A DNA stretch of 64,000 nt from Rhodobacter sp. (GTDB lineage: Bacteria; Pseudomonadota; Alphaproteobacteria; Rhodobacterales; Rhodobacteraceae), in NCBI GenBank assembly GCA_027484985.1, contig JAIXRW010000056.1, positions 2,814 through 66,813 of the forward strand. Direction: 5' to 3'. Under the pieces are notes generated by a model. That model ran no database searches. It had not been told where the DNA came from and saw only the letters and a program-made list of their open reading frames with translations. Below are positions 29,159 through 37,928 of this stretch, in pieces (positions within the stretch are counted from its first letter, which is position 1; each line of letters opens with the position of its first letter). The translations under genes were made by a program, and so were the position numbers.

Positions 29159-29769
29159 TGCTCGCCTTCGACCATATCGCCGTTTCGGCCACCACCCTTG
29201 CCGAAGGCGTGGCCCATGTCGAAGCCGCCCTTGGCCTGCCGCTGGCGGGCGGGGGCCAGCACCCGCATATGGCCACCCACAATCGCCTGCTGGGGCTGGG
29301 CGATCTCTATCTCGAAGTCATCGCCCCCGATCCCGCCCTGCCCAAACCCGCTTGGCCGCGCTGGTTCGACCTCGATTCCTTCTCCGGCCCCCCGCGCCTG
29401 ACCAACTGGGTCGCCGCCTGCACCGATCTTGCCGCCGCCATCGCCGCCGCCCCCGCCGGCATCGGCACCCCGACCGACCTGCAACGCGGCGATTTCCGTT
29501 GGTCCATGGCCGTGCCCGCCACCGGCAAACTGCCCTATGACGGCGCCTTCCCCGCCCTGATCCGCTGGCACGGCACGCTGCACCCCACCCACCGCCTGCC
29601 CGAAAGCCATTGCCGCCTGATCCGCCTGACCATCACCCACCCGCAGGCCGATGCGCTGCGCGACCACCTCGCGCCCCTGCTGGCCGATGACCGCATCGCC
29701 TTTTGCACCGGCCCGCTTGCCCTGCACGCGGCCTTCCGCACCCCGCACGGCGAACGGCACATCGCATGA
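29158..29769 (+). CDS. VOC (glyoxalase-like) family protein
   Basis: ORF track 203 aa. MLAFDHIAV...GGGQHPHMATHNRLLGLGDLYLEVIAPDP pattern. ATG overlaps the ppx stop (TGATG). Confidence 0.7.
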   Translation: MLAFDHIAVSATTLAEGVAHVEAALGLPLAGGGQHPHMATHNRLLGLGDLYLEVIAPDPALPKPAWPRWFDLDSFSGPPRLTNWVAACTDLAAAIAAAPAGIGTPTDLQRGDFRWSMAVPATGKLPYDGAFPALIRWHGTLHPTHRLPESHCRLIRLTITHPQADALRDHLAPLLADDRIAFCTGPLALHAAFRTPHGERHIA

Positions 29770-30254
29770 TCCGCGACGCCACCCCCGCCGATGCCGTGGC
29801 CCTTGCGGCGCTCTGGAACCCCGTCATCCGTGACACCGCCGCCACCTTCAACTCGGCCGAAAAGACCCCCGCCGAAATCGCCGCCATGATCGCCACGCGG
29901 CAGGCCGAAGGCCATGCCTTCCTTGTCGCCACGGCGGGTGAAACGCTGCTCGGCTTTGCCAGCTATGCCCAGTTCCGCGGCGGGGTGGGCTATGCGCGCA
30001 GCATGGAACACACCATCATCCTTGCCCCCGCCGCACAGGGCCAGGGCACCGGCCGCGCCCTTCTTTCTGCGCTCGAATCCCGAGCCCGCGCCGCAGGCGC
30101 CCATTGCCTTTTCGCGGGCGTCAGCGCCGAAAACCCCGCAGGCCACGCCTTCCACGCCCGCATGGGCTATGCCGAAACCGCCATCCTGCCACAGGTGGGC
30201 TATAAATTCGGCCGCTACATCGACCTTGTGCTGATGCAGAAATTCCTGTCCTGA
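29766..30254 (+). CDS. GNAT family N-acetyltransferase (phosphinothricin acetyltransferase-like)
   Basis: Start at MIRDATPADA within ORF 29703..30254, with an ATGA overlap on the upstream gene. QGQGTGRALL acetyl-CoA loop. Confidence 0.8.
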   Translation: MIRDATPADAVALAALWNPVIRDTAATFNSAEKTPAEIAAMIATRQAEGHAFLVATAGETLLGFASYAQFRGGVGYARSMEHTIILAPAAQGQGTGRALLSALESRARAAGAHCLFAGVSAENPAGHAFHARMGYAETAILPQVGYKFGRYIDLVLMQKFLS

Positions 30255-30285
30255 CAAGCCCCGCGTCACGGGCTACAGTCGCCAC

Positions 30286-30984
30286 ATGTCACTCTGGACC
30301 CGCATCGCCGATGCCCTTTCTGCCCTCTCGCAGGGCGAACCGCTGTCTGCGGTGTTCGACCGCCTGCGCGGCACCGCCAGCACCGCGCCTGACCAGTCGG
30401 TCGGCTTCACCATCGCCGTGATCGCGCTTGGCGCCAAGATCGCCAAGGCCGACGGTCAGGTCACCCGGGCCGAGGTCGCCGCCTTCCGCCGCATCTTCAC
30501 CATCGACGAAACCGAAGAGGCAAACGCCGCCCGCGTTTTCAACCTTGCCCGTCAGGATGTCGCGGGCTTTGACGCCTATGCCCGCAAGATTGCCGCCATG
30601 TTCGGTGACACCAACCCCGATACCCTGCGCGACCTGCTCGAAGGCCTGTTCCACATCGCCATGGCCGACGGCACATGGCACCCGCAGGAAGAGGTGTTCC
30701 TGCATCAGGTCGCCCGCATCTTCGGCCTCGATGACCGCTGCTTCAACGCCATCCGCGCCCGCTTCGTCGAAGGCGCCCCCCGCGACCCCTTCGATGTGCT
30801 GGGCGTCCCCCCCGATGCCTCGCTGGCCGAGATTCGCGCCGCATGGCGCACCCTCGTGCGCGAAAACCACCCCGACCGGATGATCGCCCGTGGCGTTCCG
30901 GCCGAGGCGGTCAAACTCGCAGAACGCCGCCTGATCGACATCAACAGCGCATGGGAAGAAATCTCGAACAAGCGGGCGGCCTGA
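30286..30984 (+). CDS. djlA: DjlA-like co-chaperone (TerB-like domain + C-terminal J domain)
   Basis: ORF track 232 aa. J domain DPFDVLGVPPDASLAEIRAAWRTLVRENHPDR with HPD. Confidence 0.8.
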   Translation: MSLWTRIADALSALSQGEPLSAVFDRLRGTASTAPDQSVGFTIAVIALGAKIAKADGQVTRAEVAAFRRIFTIDETEEANAARVFNLARQDVAGFDAYARKIAAMFGDTNPDTLRDLLEGLFHIAMADGTWHPQEEVFLHQVARIFGLDDRCFNAIRARFVEGAPRDPFDVLGVPPDASLAEIRAAWRTLVRENHPDRMIARGVPAEAVKLAERRLIDINSAWEEISNKRAA

Positions 30985-32057
30985 TGGCCCCGCCCCCGCC
31001 CCCGCCCCCGCCCCCGTCCCTGCGCCTCGCCACCTACAATGTCGAATGGTTCAACACCCTGTTCGACGATGACGGCACCCCGCAGGATGACAGGGCCCCC
31101 TCGGGCCGCCACGGCATCGACCGCGCCACCCAGCTTGCCGCCCTCTGCACCGTCTTTGCCGCACTCGATGCCGATGGCATCATGGTGATCGAGGCGCCCG
31201 ATACCGGCAGCAGCCGCTCCACCGTCACCGCGCTCGAACGCTTCGCCGCCCGCGCGGGCCTGCGCGCCCGCCGCGCCATCATCGGCTTTCCCTCCGAAAC
31301 CGAACAGGAAATCGCCTTCCTTTACGATCCCGACCGCCTCACCCCCCGCCACGATCCCCGCGGCCTTCCTGCCCCCGCCCGTGGCAGCCACGATGCCCCC
31401 CGCTTCGACACCGCTTTCCGCTACGATCTGGATGCCGATGGCGTGTCGGAAGAAATCCGCTTTTCCAAACCGCCCCTCGAACTCGCGCTCGAAACGCCGA
31501 ACGGCCCCCTGCGCCTGATCGGGGTGCATGCCAAATCGAAAGCCGCCCATGGCCACCACAGCGCGGCCGAGTTTCTGCGCATCTCCATCGACAACCGCCG
31601 CAAGCAACTGGCCGAATGTATCTGGCTGCGCGCCCGCATCGACGGCCATCTGGCCGCGGGCGACAGCGTGATCGTGATGGGCGACCTCAATGATGGTCCG
31701 GGCCTTGACGAATACGAAAAACTCTTCGGGCGTTCCGGCGTGGAAGTCGTCCTCGGCACCACCCTTCCCCCGGAACGCCGCCTGACCGACCCCCATGCCA
31801 GCCTTGAACTTGCCCAGCGCATCGGCCTTGCCCCTTCGACCGCCCGCTTCTTCCGCCCCGATAGCGGCCAATGGCTGGAAGCCCTGCTTGATTTCATCAT
31901 GGTCTCGCCCGACCTTGCCGCCCCCGTCACCGGTCCCGCCCCGCGCTGGCGCATCTGGCACCCGCTGAACGACCCCGCCGTCATGGCCAACCCTGCGCTC
32001 TCCACCGCCCTTCTGGCCGCGTCCGATCACTTCCCCGTCACGCTCGATCTGGCCTAG
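30984..32057 (+). CDS. endonuclease/exonuclease/phosphatase (EEP) family protein with N-terminal poly-proline
   Basis: In-frame ATG within ORF 30843..32057, overlapping the djlA stop. MAPPPPPPPPPSLRLATYNVEWF and C-terminal SDHFPVTLDL are EEP-type. Confidence 0.7.
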   Translation: MAPPPPPPPPPSLRLATYNVEWFNTLFDDDGTPQDDRAPSGRHGIDRATQLAALCTVFAALDADGIMVIEAPDTGSSRSTVTALERFAARAGLRARRAIIGFPSETEQEIAFLYDPDRLTPRHDPRGLPAPARGSHDAPRFDTAFRYDLDADGVSEEIRFSKPPLELALETPNGPLRLIGVHAKSKAAHGHHSAAEFLRISIDNRRKQLAECIWLRARIDGHLAAGDSVIVMGDLNDGPGLDEYEKLFGRSGVEVVLGTTLPPERRLTDPHASLELAQRIGLAPSTARFFRPDSGQWLEALLDFIMVSPDLAAPVTGPAPRWRIWHPLNDPAVMANPALSTALLAASDHFPVTLDLA

Positions 32058-32269
32058 GGCAGGCAAAGACCGCTGCGCCTGTCAGTCAAACCACTGATTT
32101 TCCAAACAAAACCAGCCCAAGCGACCGTGCCGCGCGGGAACCCTGCACCCGTTCCCCGCGTTCCTTGCCCGATGGCCCGCCCCACGCGCGGCCCGCCTTG
32201 TCACATCCCGAGGAACCGCCCCCATGCCCCGCCTGCCCCACTCCGCCCGTCCCGCCCGCCTGCCATCCG

Positions 32270-32482
32270 ATGAAAAGACCCGGCCTTTCCCCGCGCCCCA
32301 AAGGCCATGACGAACCCGCCTACCGCAGCGCCCTCGCCCGCGCCCGCCAAGGCCTGACACAGGCCGAAGCCACCCTCGCCACCGCCATGGCCGAAGCAAA
32401 CCGCCTCAACGCCCTGCTCGTCGGCCCCAACCCCCTCACAGCGGCCGAAGCCGTCGATCTGGCTGCCTATGTGAACGGGTAA
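32270..32482 (+). CDS. small hypothetical protein (70 aa)
   Basis: ATG inside ORF 32165..32482. Third codon positions are almost all G/C by eye, supporting that it is coding. Helical, Ala-rich. Followed directly by a strong hairpin. Start uncertain. Confidence 0.4.
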   Translation: MKRPGLSPRPKGHDEPAYRSALARARQGLTQAEATLATAMAEANRLNALLVGPNPLTAAEAVDLAAYVNG

Positions 32483-32494
32483 GGCAGGGCCAAA

Positions 32495-32684
32495 GAACCG
32501 ACGCGGAACGCTCCGGTGGAGCGTTCCGCCGGTTCGACTCCAGCCGAGGCGACGAGGCTGCAAGGGGCGTGCAACAGGACCGATCCTGTCAGGCAGGGGC
32601 CGCGACCGCCCGGGTGGGCGCGTCAACGCGCCCGCCTTGGGGCGGGCGGGCGCGGCACCTGCGCTTTGGGCGCAGGCGCAATCC
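32495..32684 (+). repeat. composite structured repeat family B, copy 3
   Basis: Hairpin GAACCG-CGCGGAACGCTCC..GGAGCGTTCCGC-CGGTTC (core CGCTCCGGTGGAGCG), then a spacer, then GC-rich GGGGCCGCGACCGCCCGGGTGGGCGCGTCAACGCGCCCGCC...GGGCGGGCGGGCGCGG CACCTGCGCTTTGGGCGCAGGCGCAA. Confidence 0.65.
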
Positions 32685-32724
32685 CGACAGTCCGCGCAAC
32701 GGCACATAGCCGTCCGCACCCGTC

Positions 32725-32744
32725 ATCCCCGCGCAAGCGGGGAT
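32725..32744 (-). terminator. stem-loop downstream of the MttB-family gene
   Basis: ATCCCCGC-GCAA-GCGGGGAT, 8-bp stem with a 4-nt loop, 18 nt after the stop at 32763. No T-tract. Confidence 0.35.
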
Positions 32745-32762
32745 CTCCAACCACGCAACCGG

Positions 32763-34319
32763 TCAGAAATCGGTCGGCGCGCCGCCTTCCTGCTTGCGCT
32801 TCGCCACGAAGCGCCGCAGCTCTTCCTGATGGCTGTCATCCATCTCGGGCGGCACGAATTCTTCAAGGATATGCTTGTAGATGCGATGCGCCCGCTCGGG
32901 CGTCCAGACCGATCCGTCGATCTGCCACGCCTCAAAATTGCGCCAGTCGCTGACAAAGGGCGCGTAAAAGGCGGTGGTGTATCGCTCCTGCGTGTGCTGG
33001 CAGCCAAAGTAATGGCCCCCCGCCCCCACTTCCTTGATCGCGTCAAAGGCCAGATCGTCCTCGGTCGTCGAAAAGGTCGCCTCCTCGAAATAGCGCTGGA
33101 TCATCTGCAACACTTCGCAATCCATCACGAATTTCTCAGGGCTTGCGATCAGCCCGCCCTCCAGCCAGCCCGCCGCGTGATAGACCATATTGGTCCCCGA
33201 CTGCACCGCCGCCCACAGGCTGTTCGAGGTTTCCCACATCGCCTGCCCGTCAGGAATATTCGCGGCACACACCCCCGATGACCGCATCGGCAGGCCATAG
33301 AACCGCACCAGTTGCCCCGTCATCTGCGTTGCCCGCATATATTCCGGCGTGCCAAAGGCCGGCGCGCCCGATTTCATATCGACATTGCTGGTAAAGGTGC
33401 CGATCGCCACGGGGCAGCCCGGCGCGATATATTGCAACAGCGCAATCGCGGCCAAAGCTTCCGCCAGCGACAGCGCGACCGCCCCCGCCATGGTCACGGG
33501 CGCCATGGCCCCGGCCAGCGTGAACGGCGTCACCACCACGGGCTGCCCGCGCTTGGCCAGCCGCATCGCCCCATCCAGCATCGGATAGTCATGCTTCAGC
33601 GGGCTGACCGAGTTGATATTGGTGTACATCCGCGGCTTGGCCTGAAACTCGGCTTCCGTCAGCCCGCCCGCGATGCGCGTCATCTCCATCACATCCTCGA
33701 CGCGCTCGGCGCCAAGCGAATAGGCATGCACCACCTTGTCCGTCAGGGTCAGCTTTTCATACAGGCAATCCAGATGCCGCACGCTGGGGTGAATGTCGAT
33801 CGGCTCGACCGGATAGCCCCCCGCCACATGGATGCAGTTGAAATACTGCGTCAGCTTCATGAATTCCTTGAAGGTCTCGAAATCGCCCGACCGTTTGCCG
33901 CGCTCCAGATCCCAGGCATTCGGCGGGCTCGAGACGTTGACAAACACCATATGCTTGCCGCCGATAATCAGCTCGCGATCCGGATTGCGCGGCGTGATGG
34001 TGAATTCGGACGGGGCCTTGGCCACCATCTCCATCACGAAATCCTCGTCGAATTTCACATTGGTCCCGTCAACCTTGCAGCCCGCCCGTTTCAGATGGGC
34101 CACCGCATCGGGGTTCAGGAACTCGATCCCGATATCGCGCAGGATCCGCATCGCCGTCTTGTGAACGCGCTGCACGCCATCGGCATCCAGCGGTTCCACC
34201 GGCTTGTCGGGGTTGACCGGAATCCGCCACGGCATCTGGTCGATGATCGCGGTGCCCGCACGGCTTTTGTTGCCCGCACGGCCCCCGGCGCGGCGCTTGC
34301 GTTCCGGCATATCGTTCAT
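32763..34319 (-). CDS. trimethylamine methyltransferase (MttB) superfamily protein, non-pyrrolysine type
   Basis: ORF track 518 aa. No internal stop codon in the ORF, so no in-frame amber (pyrrolysine) codon. MttB-like blocks along the full length (e.g. YTNINSVSPLKHDYPMLDGAM, GTPEYMRATQMTGQLVRFYGLP). Confidence 0.85.
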   Translation of the reverse strand: MNDMPERKRRAGGRAGNKSRAGTAIIDQMPWRIPVNPDKPVEPLDADGVQRVHKTAMRILRDIGIEFLNPDAVAHLKRAGCKVDGTNVKFDEDFVMEMVAKAPSEFTITPRNPDRELIIGGKHMVFVNVSSPPNAWDLERGKRSGDFETFKEFMKLTQYFNCIHVAGGYPVEPIDIHPSVRHLDCLYEKLTLTDKVVHAYSLGAERVEDVMEMTRIAGGLTEAEFQAKPRMYTNINSVSPLKHDYPMLDGAMRLAKRGQPVVVTPFTLAGAMAPVTMAGAVALSLAEALAAIALLQYIAPGCPVAIGTFTSNVDMKSGAPAFGTPEYMRATQMTGQLVRFYGLPMRSSGVCAANIPDGQAMWETSNSLWAAVQSGTNMVYHAAGWLEGGLIASPEKFVMDCEVLQMIQRYFEEATFSTTEDDLAFDAIKEVGAGGHYFGCQHTQERYTTAFYAPFVSDWRNFEAWQIDGSVWTPERAHRIYKHILEEFVPPEMDDSHQEELRRFVAKRKQEGGAPTDF

Positions 34320-34451
34320 CGTTCCACTCCCCGATCGCGCGGCCCGTCACGGACCTTTTGCCCAACATGGCGAAAGCGGCGGGGGGGCGACACTCTGCCG
34401 CCGACGCGAAAGGGTCGTTTTTCGCAAGTGGATTACGGGCGGCGCAAAAGC

Positions 34452-34499
34452 GGGGGGCTCGCCCCCCGCACCCCCGAGGATATTTGAAGGCAGAAAATG
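34452..34499 (-). repeat. intergenic repeat family A, reverse copy
   Basis: GGGGGGCTCGCCCCCCGCACCCCCGAGGATATTTGAAGGCAGAAAATG. Confidence 0.7.
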
Positions 34500-34505
34500 G
34501 GGGCG

Positions 34506-35237
34506 TCAGCCCGCCTGCACCCCGTCCAGCCATGCAGGCAGCGCGCCGATATCGGCCAGCACCACATCGGCATGGGGCGCCAGTTCCACAGCCCCCGCCA
34601 CACCGGTCAGCACCGCCACGGCCCGCATCCCCGCCGCGCGGCCCGCTTCAAGGTCATGGCGGCTGTCACCCACCATCGCCACCCGCGCAGGGTCAAGGCC
34701 GAAGCGGGCGGCAAAGGCCGCGCACATCCCCGGCCCCGGTTTCGGCCCATAGCCGGAATCGTAACCCGCCACGAAATCGAAGAATTCGGTGATGTCATGC
34801 GCCGCCAGATGCGCCCGCGCCGGCGCCTCGGTGTCATTCGTGGCCAGCCCCACCCGCAGCCCCCGCGCCTTGAGCGCGGCCAAAAGCGGGCGCAGCGGCA
34901 CCGCAGGCGCCATGGCGGCCGTGGCCGCCCGCGCATCGATCTCGTCCATCACCTGCCCATGCGTCCGGCCCGGCAGATGCGGCAGCAGGCAGGCCGCGAT
35001 ATCGGCGGCGGTGGCGGCAATCACCGGGCTTTCGGCCGCAAATGCGCCGGTTTCCACATCAAACCCCATCGCCGCCCCCATCGCCCGCGCATGGGCGGCA
35101 TCACGGCCCAGATCGGCCAGCAGATGCCGCGCCCATCCGCCCCAACTGGCGCGGAAATCGAACAGCGTGCCGTCCTTGTCGAAAATCACCCCGTCGATCA
35201 TGCCGCCCCCCTGTTCACCCTTGGTCCAAATACTCAT
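34506..35237 (-). CDS. HAD family hydrolase
   Basis: Within ORF 34506..35351. Start at MSIWTKGEQGGGMIDGVIFDKDGTLFD (DxDGT motif I). Alternative start at 35201. Confidence 0.8.
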   Translation of the reverse strand: MSIWTKGEQGGGMIDGVIFDKDGTLFDFRASWGGWARHLLADLGRDAAHARAMGAAMGFDVETGAFAAESPVIAATAADIAACLLPHLPGRTHGQVMDEIDARAATAAMAPAVPLRPLLAALKARGLRVGLATNDTEAPARAHLAAHDITEFFDFVAGYDSGYGPKPGPGMCAAFAARFGLDPARVAMVGDSRHDLEAGRAAGMRAVAVLTGVAGAVELAPHADVVLADIGALPAWLDGVQAG

Positions 35238-35247
35238 GTCGCCCCGC

Positions 35248-35526
35248 TCAGGTCCAGTGAAACGCCTGCCCGCCGGGCAAAGCCGCGCGCGCAAGCGCGG
35301 GCCGCGTATAGGCCAGCCCGTTCTGGGTGCAAAAGGCGATGACCCAGGCATCCTCCATCAGCACGAAATCGAGGACCGCCCCCAGAAATTCCGGCCGCGC
35401 CGCCGCATCGGCCGCATCCGCAGCACTGGCCCCCGACGCGCCCAGAAAACTGCCGAACAGTTCGTCATCCGCCGCCAGCCAGGCCAGCGCCTGCAATCCC
35501 ACCGTCTCTGCCTCGTCGCGCGTCAT
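35248..35526 (-). CDS. DUF3572 domain-containing protein
   Basis: ORF track 92 aa. GLQALAWLAADDELFGSFLGASG...LDFVLMEDAWVIAFC pattern. Commonly found beside PleD-like genes in alphaproteobacteria (recollection). Confidence 0.65.
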   Translation of the reverse strand: MTRDEAETVGLQALAWLAADDELFGSFLGASGASAADAADAAARPEFLGAVLDFVLMEDAWVIAFCTQNGLAYTRPALARAALPGGQAFHWT

Positions 35527-35667
35527 GGCTTATCCACAGTTTTCCCCGCTTTGCGCGGCAATTGTTTCAAATCCGGTCCAATCCGGAAACCTTTGCTTAA
35601 CCCTTTGGTAGGAGTCTGTGAACCAAGAGTGCCGTCGAATGGCGGTAAATGGTGTGACGGGGCCGGT

Positions 35668-37035
35668 ATGGCGGGCAAGATTTTGATCGTGGATGACACG
35701 GCCGTGAACCGCATCGTGCTGCGGGTCAAGCTGGCGCGTGCCTATTACGACACGACCGCAGCCGAAAATGGCCGGGCGGCGCTGGCCGCGCTTGCTGCGG
35801 GGCGGCCCGATCTGGTGCTGCTCGACATCGACCTGCCCGATATGTCGGGGCTTGACGTGCTGGCCCGCATCCGGCGCGATCCCGCCATGCGCGACCTGCC
35901 CGTCATCATGCTGACCGCTGGGCGCGACCCGGCGACACGGCTTGCCGCACTTCAGGGCGGGGCCGATGACATTCTGGCCAAGCCGGTGGACGAAGACCTG
36001 CTCTTGGCCCGTATCCGCAGCCTGCGGCGGCGCGAATCCTCGCGCGCCGAACAGGGCGAGGGGCCGCTCTGGGACATGGCCGAACCGCCCGCCCCCTATG
36101 ACCCGCCCGCGCTGGTGGCGCTTGTCACCCAGCGCGCCGACCTGCGCCTGCGGCTCAGCCGCGATCTGGCGCGCCGCAGCGGCCACAGCATCCTTGTGCT
36201 GACGCGCGAAGACCTGCTCGCCCGCCCCGGGGACGAAGGCGATGGCACCGCCCCCCAGCCCGAACTGTTCATCCTCGATGCCGATTCCGCGACCGGCCTT
36301 CACCTCGTGTCGGAATTGCGTTCCCGCATGGCCTTTGCCCATGCGGGCGTGCTGTTGCTGTGCGACGGGGCCAAGCAGGCGGCCACCGCCTTTGACCTCG
36401 GGGTGGATGATGTGGCCTCGCAGGGGGCCGATCCGCAGGAAATCGCGCTGCGCCTTGCCGCGGTGCTGCGCCACACGCGGCGCGACGCGGCAAGGCGCAA
36501 ATCTCTGCAACAGGGCCTGCGCCTTGCCCTGACCGATCCGCTGACCGGCCTGCACAATCTGCGCTATGCCGAACGCGAACTGGGGCTGATCGCGGAACGC
36601 GCCCGCCAGCAGGCCCGCAGCTTTGCCCTTCTGTTCATCGATCTCGACCGTTTCAAGCAGGTCAATGACCGCCACGGCCATGCCGCGGGCGACGATGTGC
36701 TGGTCGCCGTGGCCCGCGGCCTTGCCGAGGCCCTGCGCCCGGGCGACATGCTGGCCCGGATCGGGGGTGAGGAGTTTTTGCTTGCTTTGCCTGGGCTCGA
36801 CCTGGCCCAGGCCCGCAGCATTGCCGAACGGCTGTGCGAAACCGTGCAATCGCTGTCGATCGACATCGGCACCGGCCAGCCCGTGCGCGTCACCGTCTCG
36901 ATCGGCCTTGCGCTTGGCACCGGCAGCGAAACCGTCGAAGGGCTGCGCCAGCGTGCCGACCGCGCGCTGTTCATGGCCAAATCGGGCGGCCGCAACCGCG
37001 TTTCGACCGATTATTCCCTGGCGCAGGGCGGCTGA
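35668..37035 (+). CDS. pleD: PleD-like response regulator diguanylate cyclase (REC-REC-GGDEF)
   Basis: In-frame ATG (MAGKILIVDDTAVNR) within ORF 34789..37035. Phospho-acceptor context LLDIDLPDMSG. GGEEF active site with RPGD (RxxD I-site) 5 residues upstream. Confidence 0.9.
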   Translation: MAGKILIVDDTAVNRIVLRVKLARAYYDTTAAENGRAALAALAAGRPDLVLLDIDLPDMSGLDVLARIRRDPAMRDLPVIMLTAGRDPATRLAALQGGADDILAKPVDEDLLLARIRSLRRRESSRAEQGEGPLWDMAEPPAPYDPPALVALVTQRADLRLRLSRDLARRSGHSILVLTREDLLARPGDEGDGTAPQPELFILDADSATGLHLVSELRSRMAFAHAGVLLLCDGAKQAATAFDLGVDDVASQGADPQEIALRLAAVLRHTRRDAARRKSLQQGLRLALTDPLTGLHNLRYAERELGLIAERARQQARSFALLFIDLDRFKQVNDRHGHAAGDDVLVAVARGLAEALRPGDMLARIGGEEFLLALPGLDLAQARSIAERLCETVQSLSIDIGTGQPVRVTVSIGLALGTGSETVEGLRQRADRALFMAKSGGRNRVSTDYSLAQGG

Positions 37036-37051
37036 TCGCCCCCCCCCACCG

Positions 37052-37558
37052 TCAGTCGCCCGGCCCATCCCCCCCGTCGCGCCCGCCGGGCCCGTGGCGC
37101 AACCGCTCTTCCAGCCGGTCGGCAAATGCTGCCCGCGCCCCGGGCGTCATGTGGGTCAGCCGTTCCAGCAACAGGTCCTGCCCGATCCGCAACCGCGCGC
37201 CCATCCGGTCGGACTGCGCTTCCATCACCCCCCGCAGCGCCGCCGGATCAAAGGGCTCGGCCCGCAGCGCGCCCAGCACGGCGCCGAATTCGGCCAGCAT
37301 CTCGCGGCGCATGTCGCGCATCTGCGGCATCCGGTCCAGAAAGGCCGCGCGCAGCGCGTCGCGGTCCTCGCGCGACAGCGCATCGGTAAAGGGGCCGAAA
37401 TCCACCGCCCCCGTCATCCGCCCGTGCGGCCCGCCCTCGCGCAGCACCGCCCCCGCGACCACCCCCGCCACCAGAAGGTTCAGCGCCACCGAAGCCGCCA
37501 GCGCGATCCGCACCCCGCGCCCCGCCCTGCCGCCGCCATCCTGCCCTGCCATCGCCAT
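37052..37558 (-). CDS. periplasmic Spy/CpxP-like 'heavy metal sensor' family protein
   Basis: ORF track 37052..37576 has a TTG start. ATG at 37558 preferred (MAMAGQDGGG...). One TM/signal segment, then a helical REDRDALRAAFLDRMPQMRDMRREM region. Last gene of the ECF operon. Confidence 0.55.
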   Translation of the reverse strand: MAMAGQDGGGRAGRGVRIALAASVALNLLVAGVVAGAVLREGGPHGRMTGAVDFGPFTDALSREDRDALRAAFLDRMPQMRDMRREMLAEFGAVLGALRAEPFDPAALRGVMEAQSDRMGARLRIGQDLLLERLTHMTPGARAAFADRLEERLRHGPGGRDGGDGPGD

Positions 37559-37562
37559 CCCG

Positions 37563-37928
37563 CTATTCCCCCGCAACCAGACTGTCCGCAGTCGGCATCA
37601 GCTGGACCGAAGCCACCTGCACCCCCAGAACCGCATCGGCCAGCCGCGTCACCGGCGCGGGCTGCACGATCCCGATCAGCACGCCCGCAAGCGCCGCACC
37701 GCCCACCCCCGCCAGCGCCCCCGCCCCGCCAAAGGCCGCCGCCAGCGCCGAAAGCCATCCGCCCCGTGCCCGCCCGGCAACCGAAGCATCGGCCCCCGCA
37801 GGCCGGGGCTGGTGGGCCAAGGCATCCGCCAGCACCCGCGCCATCAGCGCCGTCGAAGGCGCAGGCCGCGGCGCCGCCCGCGCCATGGCAAACATCTCCT
37901 CGATCTCGTCGCGTTCCGGCATGGTCAT
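37563..37928 (-). CDS. putative anti-sigma factor (single-pass membrane)
   Basis: C-terminal 121 aa of ORF 37563..38330. ATGA overlap with the sigma-factor stop. MTMPERDEIEEMFAMARAAP, then a Gly/Ala-rich TM segment. Confidence 0.55.
   Translation of the reverse strand: MTMPERDEIEEMFAMARAAPRPAPSTALMARVLADALAHQPRPAGADASVAGRARGGWLSALAAAFGGAGALAGVGGAALAGVLIGIVQPAPVTRLADAVLGVQVASVQLMPTADSLVAGE

Noticed and set aside
32721-32750. Sequence GTCATCCCCGCGCAAGCGGGGATCTCCAAC strongly resembles a type I-E CRISPR repeat (compare GAGTTCCCCGCGCCAGCGGGGATAAACCG).
   Set aside because: It is a single copy, with no spacer-repeat periodicity and no cas genes in the window. It sits 18 nt downstream of the MttB-family stop codon, so it is more simply a terminator-type stem-loop.
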